A DNA stretch of 38,696 nt, taken from the IMG/VR virus record IMGVR_UViG_3300045988_140085, positions 1 through 38,696 of that record. One strand, 5' to 3'. The notes under the pieces are model-generated. The model was given only the letters and a program-made list of their open reading frames with translations, ran no database searches and was not told the DNA's origin. The position numbers and the translations under genes are program-made. Positions 33,137-38,696 of this stretch are shown one piece after another; positions within the stretch are counted from its first letter, which is position 1, and every line of letters begins with the position of its first letter. The DNA comes from a virus.

Positions 33137-34091
33137 GGTAGACGCATACGACAAGGAGCAGTTACAGGCTATGGGCTGGCTTTTCGACGAGATCGAGACG
33201 CCGGACACCGCTGTGCGCTTCGTCGAACAGGACCTTACGTCCGAGCAGCAGAATCAAGCGTGCGCGAATATCGGCCTCAACTTCGTAGACATCTCGGACG
33301 TTATAGACGCAGGGGGTGTCTTGGACGACACCACATTTAACAAGGTGCGCAACGCAAAATGTTTGTATTACTCGGCAGATGGCATTACGGTCTTTTTGAG
33401 CCGGACATCCATCGATGTGGCGGGCCTCGACAATGTGTACTGGGCGTCGATGAACGTTTCGTTGGACCCGCTTACGCAGGGAGGTTTGATGCCGCTCCAG
33501 TTCCTCATTTTGGGGTTGACCATCAGCACCAAAACGTTGCAGTTCGCGTCGGTATCAGGCACGTTGGCACAAGAGGCGATGACGTTTTTGGCGTCTAACG
33601 TTGACTTCATAAACCGACTGCAACCCGTAAGGTACACCACGCAATCGTTGACGACGGATCAGCAAAATACTGTTTTAGCTAACATCGGTCTTGGCATCAT
33701 GGTTGTAAACCTCACGAACGGGTCGGCGACGCTGACACAGGCGCAGGCAGATGCGCTATTTGCGTCGAACGGTGTTATCTTTATTGGATCAGGTGAGAAT
33801 GAGGTGCAAACGAAGCAAATGAAAAATCGGATATTTTTCCGTTCCGATAATGATTTTTATGCTATAGGTATTAGAGCGTACATGGTGTACGCCGTATACT
33901 ACCCCAGTACGAGAACTATTACCGTTCGAAATTTATTGAAAATTTTAGACTCAGATTCGGTTCATTTTACCACTCAAACACTCACCGAAGCACAACAGGC
34001 CCAAGCGCGAGAAAATATCGGTATCACACAAGGTTTGCTGAACGACGCGGACTTTATCGCGGAGTTGAAAACGAAATTAGGGTTAACGTAA
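33129..34091 (+). CDS. Hypothetical protein with three copies of a Q.LT..QQ.....NIG(L/I) motif (fibre-anchor-like)
   Basis: VEQDLTSEQQNQACANIGL (aa 32-50), YTTQSLTTDQQNTVLANIGL (aa 169-188), FTTQTLTEAQQAQARENIGI (aa 280-299). Confidence 0.6.
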   Translation: MDKVDAYDKEQLQAMGWLFDEIETPDTAVRFVEQDLTSEQQNQACANIGLNFVDISDVIDAGGVLDDTTFNKVRNAKCLYYSADGITVFLSRTSIDVAGLDNVYWASMNVSLDPLTQGGLMPLQFLILGLTISTKTLQFASVSGTLAQEAMTFLASNVDFINRLQPVRYTTQSLTTDQQNTVLANIGLGIMVVNLTNGSATLTQAQADALFASNGVIFIGSGENEVQTKQMKNRIFFRSDNDFYAIGIRAYMVYAVYYPSTRTITVRNLLKILDSDSVHFTTQTLTEAQQAQARENIGITQGLLNDADFIAELKTKLGLT

Positions 34092-34540
34092 TGAAAGCGG
34101 CCATAGCAATTTTAATTACGTTTTTACTCGTCGCGTGTACGAAAACGGTCTATGTCCCGGTAGAGCGCGTACGTACCGTGACGAACACAGAGCGTGACAC
34201 CATCATCAAGATCAAGCCGGTCAAAGAGATGGTTTACGTGGTTACGAGGGACACTATTGCTCGGGCGAGGACGAGTTACGCAGAAGCGGAGGCATCGTTA
34301 ACGTCCGGGCAGTTAGCCCTCAATCTCCAAAACTTGGACGTAGAAATACCTGTCGAAACAAAGGTACTCGAAACGTTCATACGGGACAGCGTACCGTACC
34401 CGGTGGAAGTTACCAAGTATGAGGAAGTAAGGTATGTACCGTGGTACGACAAAGTGATACGATGGTTGGCACTTGCGTGCATCATCCTAAACGCTATCGG
34501 GTTTAATGTATTTGATATACGTAAAATTTTTCGCCTCTAA
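34091..34540 (+). CDS. Lipoprotein with a C-terminal transmembrane helix (unimolecular-spanin-like candidate)
   Basis: Signal peptide plus lipobox MKAAIAILITFLLVAC. A beta-rich middle is followed by a C-terminal TM helix (IRWLALACIILNAIGFNVF). Confidence 0.5.
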   Translation: MKAAIAILITFLLVACTKTVYVPVERVRTVTNTERDTIIKIKPVKEMVYVVTRDTIARARTSYAEAEASLTSGQLALNLQNLDVEIPVETKVLETFIRDSVPYPVEVTKYEEVRYVPWYDKVIRWLALACIILNAIGFNVFDIRKIFRL

Positions 34541-34543
34541 ATT

Positions 34544-34957
34544 ATGTCGGACTTCGCTACTGTTCTATCGCTTATACTTGGGTTCCTCGGTGGTGGAGGG
34601 GCATTAATAACATACATGCTTTATCGCAAGCAGTTGAAACGTTTCAAAAACGCGGAGGCTGTGGAGAAAGAGGTCGCTACGTTACGTAGCGCGATTGCGG
34701 CGATGGAGCAGAACCAAAAATGGTACGAGGAACGGCTGGGATCGTTGCAAAAACTGCTGTTGGAGAAAGAGAGTTACGTTGAGGTTTTATCGAAAGATAA
34801 GAACCTTTTGGAAATTAAGCATTCCAAAAATAAAGGTGCGATCAACAAAGCGTACGAATGTAGTTTTTGTCCCGACACATCGAAGTGTCCGGTACTGATA
34901 CAACGCAGTAAAAACGAAGATGAGTATTTAAAAACGTTAACGAATACAGTAAAATGA
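34544..34957 (+). CDS. N-terminally membrane-anchored coiled-coil protein (holin or i-spanin-like candidate)
   Basis: TM helix ATVLSLILGFLGGGGALITYML followed by basic residues, then a coiled coil and a C-terminal CSFCPDTSKC motif. Confidence 0.4.
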   Translation: MSDFATVLSLILGFLGGGGALITYMLYRKQLKRFKNAEAVEKEVATLRSAIAAMEQNQKWYEERLGSLQKLLLEKESYVEVLSKDKNLLEIKHSKNKGAINKAYECSFCPDTSKCPVLIQRSKNEDEYLKTLTNTVK

Positions 34958-35289
34958 CAAACGGTGGCATTAACAATCCCGGCGCTTTGCGCTTGATCGT
35001 AGACGCGGCGAGTGGGGTCAGTAGCGTGAAGTTAACCGACATACAGGCCGACGCAATCATGCGTTGTGAGTCTCTCGAAATCGTTAAGCAACAGAGTGGA
35101 TCGACCACAAGCGTAGAGATTCTGTATCCTACGGTAGGGTATGTCCCCGGTCTTGCTGACCGAACGTTTGTGAGTAGCGGCGTAATAGGAGAGGGTGACG
35201 CGGTAGGCGTTATGTTTTACCAAATATCGTACAACAAAGAGCAGAATGCCTTTACGGAAAAAGGGGTTATGCTGACCCCGCAAGCATAA
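34954..35289 (+). CDS. Hypothetical protein
   Basis: 111 aa ORF with an ATGA overlap with the upstream gene. Confidence 0.5.
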   Translation: MTNGGINNPGALRLIVDAASGVSSVKLTDIQADAIMRCESLEIVKQQSGSTTSVEILYPTVGYVPGLADRTFVSSGVIGEGDAVGVMFYQISYNKEQNAFTEKGVMLTPQA

Positions 35290-35295
35290 AAAGGT

Positions 35296-35871
35296 ATGTG
35301 GACTGAAACCGTACAGAAAACCATAGTCGACCCCTCTACGGGCGACGAGACGTTATATACGTTTAGCGCAAGCGCCGCAACGAAAGAAGCGGCTTTGCGC
35401 TATGCGTGTACGTATGCGTCTATGGTTGAGTACGGAATCGTTGCACAGAAATGGGAACCCACCGAAATGGCGTTTCCTCGTGAACAACTGTATCAGTTCA
35501 TCCAACCCAACCAGTTGGAAATTATCGAACGCATGTACCCGGACGCTGTGGCTACCGCCTATCAGAACGCTATGGCGTATGTACAGTCTTATATCGGTGC
35601 GATGTTCGACGTTGATACGATGCTGGCATCCGGAGATACGTCCTCGACGGCTCTTACATTGCGGCTGGCATTGTGCCTTAAAACGGTTGTATATATTCTC
35701 GCATCGTCTCCGCAATACTCCGAGACTATCGAAATGCACGAGCGTCAAATAACGATGCTGTTGCGTGGATTGAAAATCGGTAGTCGTAACATGGGTAAAC
35801 ACGGAATTGCGGGAGACCCGAACGTACGTGTTTCTGTTGTTTCATTACAAAAAACCGGAGCAAAACCCTAA
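35296..35871 (+). CDS. Hypothetical head-module protein (weak Mu gp36 / DUF1320-like pattern)
   Basis: 191 aa ORF with start context aaaaggtATG. The similarity is judged by eye only. Confidence 0.45.
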   Translation: MWTETVQKTIVDPSTGDETLYTFSASAATKEAALRYACTYASMVEYGIVAQKWEPTEMAFPREQLYQFIQPNQLEIIERMYPDAVATAYQNAMAYVQSYIGAMFDVDTMLASGDTSSTALTLRLALCLKTVVYILASSPQYSETIEMHERQITMLLRGLKIGSRNMGKHGIAGDPNVRVSVVSLQKTGAKP

Positions 35872-35874
35872 GCT

Positions 35875-37209
35875 ATGTTTCAGAATCCGTATAACATAAT
35901 GAATTTCCACGGCGTCCCCGGCGCACGGATTCAAGCGTTACCTCAAAACTACCACTTTGAGTTGACGATGGAAACGTGGTGGAGCGCTGTACAACGTGCC
36001 CGAGTTTACTCGGATTTTACAGGTTTGGACGCATTGTTCAGCTACCTGTTGAAAAGTAGCACGTTGATCCGGTCCGCTGTTGACAAGCGACTGCGCCCGT
36101 TAAAGTCACGCACATTTGGCGTGATGGTAGACGGGAAAGAGGACGAACGTTTGACGAAGTTGATTAAAAACTCGCCGTTTGTCCGTGAACTGATCTACCA
36201 ACGAGGCTTGGCCAACTTCACGTTCGCACGTGTTGTAGGTGTGAATAAGGATTTCTCGACGTACGTTTATCCGTTGAGAAACCTCGACATCGTGAACAAA
36301 GCCGTACGTCGGATGACTTACGAGATACAAGACCCGATTTACGTCAAATCGCACGTAAACCTGTTTTGGATGCAGACCTCGTACAACTCCGAAGATACGT
36401 TAGGACTTTTGGAGCCTGTGGCCCGCGATTACATCAACATGTGCAACGCACAGAACAACTGGCAGACCGCCTCGCAGTTCCTTGCGTACCAGCAGATGAT
36501 GATGTATTTCGAGAACGGGGACGAGGAAATGCAAAAGGCGGCCGAACTCGGAGCCAAACAGGTAGGTTTGGGGCAGGTAATTATATCCGGCAAATCTACC
36601 GACGAGACGACGGGCAAGGTTGTCAAAGACTTGGAGTTGGAGAACGTTTACGGCGGCGCGTCCGCTGATACGTTCCGTATCTTCAAAGAGAACATCGAAC
36701 AGTTACGCGGTTCGATTATGCAGTTGATCCTCGGTTCCTCTTTGCTCGGCATGAGCGAAAAGAATACGAACTCCGAACGTTTGGTGCGTGCGCATCTTAA
36801 ACTGTTCCGGGATATTACCGAGGCTGACGCAATCGACGTGCAGGATTGGTTCAACATCCCCGAGGTGAAGACAAAACTCGCTTACCTGTTCAACGAGCCT
36901 GCTTTGGAGGAAGCACGTTTTGAGGTGAAACCGTCGAACTACATTGACATCGGGGACATCGAAGCGTACACAAAAATGCTCAAAGACTTGATGTTGCTCC
37001 CTACGGAGGGTTTCATTGAGAAAACAGGTTTGAGCGTAGCAGACGTAACAGGCTATGAAAACAATAAAAACGTTAGCAAGGGAGGCCAAGCAACTGGCGA
37101 CGTACGCAAAAAGGGGGATGATAAGAGAGGTTTCGCAAGTATGGTTATGGACCGCGCAAAACGCTTTTTTAACAGAAACCGACCCGTCGACGGGGGAAAA
37201 GTGGGCTGA
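35875..37209 (+). CDS. Portal protein (candidate)
   Basis: 444 aa. Lies between the terminase block and the head-maturation genes. Has a disordered Gly/Lys/Asp-rich C-terminus. Confidence 0.55.
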   Translation: MFQNPYNIMNFHGVPGARIQALPQNYHFELTMETWWSAVQRARVYSDFTGLDALFSYLLKSSTLIRSAVDKRLRPLKSRTFGVMVDGKEDERLTKLIKNSPFVRELIYQRGLANFTFARVVGVNKDFSTYVYPLRNLDIVNKAVRRMTYEIQDPIYVKSHVNLFWMQTSYNSEDTLGLLEPVARDYINMCNAQNNWQTASQFLAYQQMMMYFENGDEEMQKAAELGAKQVGLGQVIISGKSTDETTGKVVKDLELENVYGGASADTFRIFKENIEQLRGSIMQLILGSSLLGMSEKNTNSERLVRAHLKLFRDITEADAIDVQDWFNIPEVKTKLAYLFNEPALEEARFEVKPSNYIDIGDIEAYTKMLKDLMLLPTEGFIEKTGLSVADVTGYENNKNVSKGGQATGDVRKKGDDKRGFASMVMDRAKRFFNRNRPVDGGKVG

Positions 37210-37570
37210 TCGTCACGGTTTCATACGTGATTCCCGTGGTCAGCATTTCGGCAATGTTGAGCCGTACCTCTCGTACAGTAAGTTACATCGTACAGGACGG
37301 CTGTTAAAAGGTCTGAAAGTGCGCTATTCTACGTTTGCGACCGGAAAAGCGTTTATAGAACTCTACAACAAGGTTCCTTACGCAGAGGTGCATGAAAAAG
37401 GGGGAAGCGATACGTTTCGCGTGTTGAAGTTCCCCGATACACCAGCAAAAACGTCCGTAAAGGTCGGCGGAAACATCGAGCCACGTCCGTTTATGGAGCC
37501 GAGCAAACAAGTGTTAAAAGCACCCTATCGCCTGTTGACAATGAAAATGCAGGAATTCGGGTGGAGATAA
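37055..37570 (+). CDS. Head-tail joining / virion morphogenesis protein (HK97 gp10-like or Mu G / P2 S-like)
   Basis: HRTGRLLKGLKV...YNKVPYAEVHEKGG...IEPRPFMEPS matches the family pattern. The ORF opens only at 37049 and overlaps the portal 3' end by 155 nt. Confidence 0.5.
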   Translation: MKTIKTLAREAKQLATYAKRGMIREVSQVWLWTAQNAFLTETDPSTGEKWADRHGFIRDSRGQHFGNVEPYLSYSKLHRTGRLLKGLKVRYSTFATGKAFIELYNKVPYAEVHEKGGSDTFRVLKFPDTPAKTSVKVGGNIEPRPFMEPSKQVLKAPYRLLTMKMQEFGWR

Positions 37571-37579
37571 TAATAAGGT

Positions 37580-38107
37580 ATGGTAGGATACGTAAGTGAA
37601 GCCGTTGCCAAAGCGTTGAAAAACTGGAAACCTTTGGCCGACGCAGGCATTATCCCGATCCGCGCAACGGGCGGCACTACGGTACTGGAGAACATCCCGC
37701 TACCGTCCATAGGTTTGCATGTGATCGGAGACGACGGAGAGGGTAATACGTTTTTCGGCGGCGGTATTCGTCAATATTTCGAACTTATATTGTACGTTTT
37801 GCTCCCGATAACAAACTACACGTTCTCTCCGGACGGCGGGGCGCAAGCCGAGCAGTTGGATATTTCGGACGACGTCATACGTTGTATGGAGCAGTCCAAA
37901 GACTTGGATTATATCAAGCAGAGGCACGATTTTAACATACAGTACGACCGTATGGATACGGACCAAACGTACGGAACGCAAGGTGCTATGTCCGTAGTTG
38001 TTGACGTTCATAAGATCGTGTACAAAGGTTCTGTCGAGTTCGACCCGAAATTGCAGTACGATGATACGGCGGTTTTGGAAAACGTAAATATTAATATCGA
38101 AAAATAA
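37580..38107 (+). CDS. Hypothetical virion-module protein
   Basis: 175 aa ORF with start context ataaggtATG. Confidence 0.5.
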   Translation: MVGYVSEAVAKALKNWKPLADAGIIPIRATGGTTVLENIPLPSIGLHVIGDDGEGNTFFGGGIRQYFELILYVLLPITNYTFSPDGGAQAEQLDISDDVIRCMEQSKDLDYIKQRHDFNIQYDRMDTDQTYGTQGAMSVVVDVHKIVYKGSVEFDPKLQYDDTAVLENVNINIEK

Positions 38108-38696
38108 TGAGGGTATCAGAAAAGAAACAGGTTCTTACGACCAGCGCGGTCAATCTGAACGGGGTTCAGATTCCGACTGACTGTATCGACTGGAGTGTCT
38201 ACGACAAGAACCCCGTACTTTTGTACAATCGTGCAAACGAGAGTCACAAAGGTGTGGTAGTAGGTAAGGTTCTGAACCGCGAACGTGTAGGGGATGCGAT
38301 TGTTGCAAACCTCGCTTTCATGGAACGGAACGAGGACGCGGATATCGCGTTCGAAAAGTACGATCAAGGCGTCCTGCCTCACGTTTCTGTGGGTGGATAT
38401 GCACGCGGCGAGGAAAACTCGGAGGGCGTATTTATCTGCGACAAGTACATGATTCGTGAGGTATCGCTCGTAGCGTTCCCCGCAAACATCGAATGTGCTG
38501 TGTTGGACGACAACAACGTACTCGCATCAGAACAGCCGATCGTGGAAGGTATGCGAACGGGCAAAACCGAAATCCGTTATGTAACGTTGAGTTGGGACGG
38601 TGATATGGGAACCATCGTGAACGCATCCGAGGAAACGCAGGCCGCAGAGACCAACGCATCCGAGGAAACGCAGGCCGCAGAGACCAACGCATCCGA
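38107..38696 (+). CDS. HK97-family prohead (capsid maturation) protease, S78 type. The ORF is not terminated in the window and continues in frame at base 76 into 113..1429. Not in the ORF track.
   Basis: Hand translation: MRVSEKKQVLT...NESHKGVVVGKV (His), HVSVGGYARG (Ser), IREVSLVAFPANIE (family hallmark). Its ATG overlaps the upstream stop (TAATG). Confidence 0.8.
   Translation, partial: MRVSEKKQVLTTSAVNLNGVQIPTDCIDWSVYDKNPVLLYNRANESHKGVVVGKVLNRERVGDAIVANLAFMERNEDADIAFEKYDQGVLPHVSVGGYARGEENSEGVFICDKYMIREVSLVAFPANIECAVLDDNNVLASEQPIVEGMRTGKTEIRYVTLSWDGDMGTIVNASEETQAAETNASEETQAAETNAS
38620..38696 (+). repeat. In-frame 33-bp tandem repeat (aacgcatccgaggaaacgcaggccgcagagacc, encodes NASEETQAAET); 2 full copies plus a diverged partial copy continuing at 76..85
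   Basis: Exact tandem copies at 38620..38652 and 38653..38685; the same text is seen at 1..66. Confidence 0.9.

Noticed and set aside
1-38696. Alternative genetic code (TAG or TGA reassignment), as seen in some Bacteroidota phages
   Set aside because: All recognisable genes (terminase, polymerase, primase-helicase, tape measure, helicase) are intact full-length ORFs under the standard code, and gene boundaries use all three stops (TAA, TAG and TGA).
1-38696. Prophage or temperate lifestyle (integrase, repressor, att sites)
   Set aside because: I recognised no tyrosine or serine recombinase, CI/Cro-like pair or excisionase motifs in any ORF, and the window has no host flanking genes. Some small unknown early ORFs could still hide regulators, so this is absence of evidence only.

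Overview
The window is an essentially complete dsDNA phage genome of about 38.6 kb. Bases 1..75 are identical to 38622..38696, so the contig closes on itself and the unique unit is 38621 bp. The break point lies inside a coding 33-bp tandem repeat.

The genome has two arms.
- **Rightward late arm** (31460 -> window end -> wraps to 1 -> 13195): large terminase, an accessory and lysis block, portal, head-completion proteins, HK97-type prohead protease, major capsid protein, sheath, tube, tail chaperones with a -1 frameshift, tape measure, baseplate and spike, an M15 endolysin, and a tail fibre. This order is typical of a contractile-tailed (myovirus-like) virion.
- **Leftward early/replication arm** (29652 -> 13207): small unknown proteins, a mini Rad50/SMC-like ATPase, an MBL-fold hydrolase, a gp2.5-like SSB, family A DNA polymerase, Dam-like N6-methyltransferase, AEP-primase/VirE helicase, VRR-NUC nuclease, Dps and an SNF2 helicase.

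The arms converge on a bidirectional terminator (13197..13223). They diverge from a 1807-bp ORF-free region (29653..31459) that is bounded by two perfect Bacteroidota-type promoters (TTTG-N19-TAnnTTTG). That region holds three different repeat systems and is the most unusual part of the window.

I saw no integrase, repressor, tRNA, CRISPR array, reverse transcriptase or stop-codon recoding, so the phage looks virulent and uses the standard code. The promoters, the lack of Shine-Dalgarno sequences and a lipobox protein suggest a Bacteroidota host.

All functional calls come from motifs read by eye plus synteny. No database search was possible.
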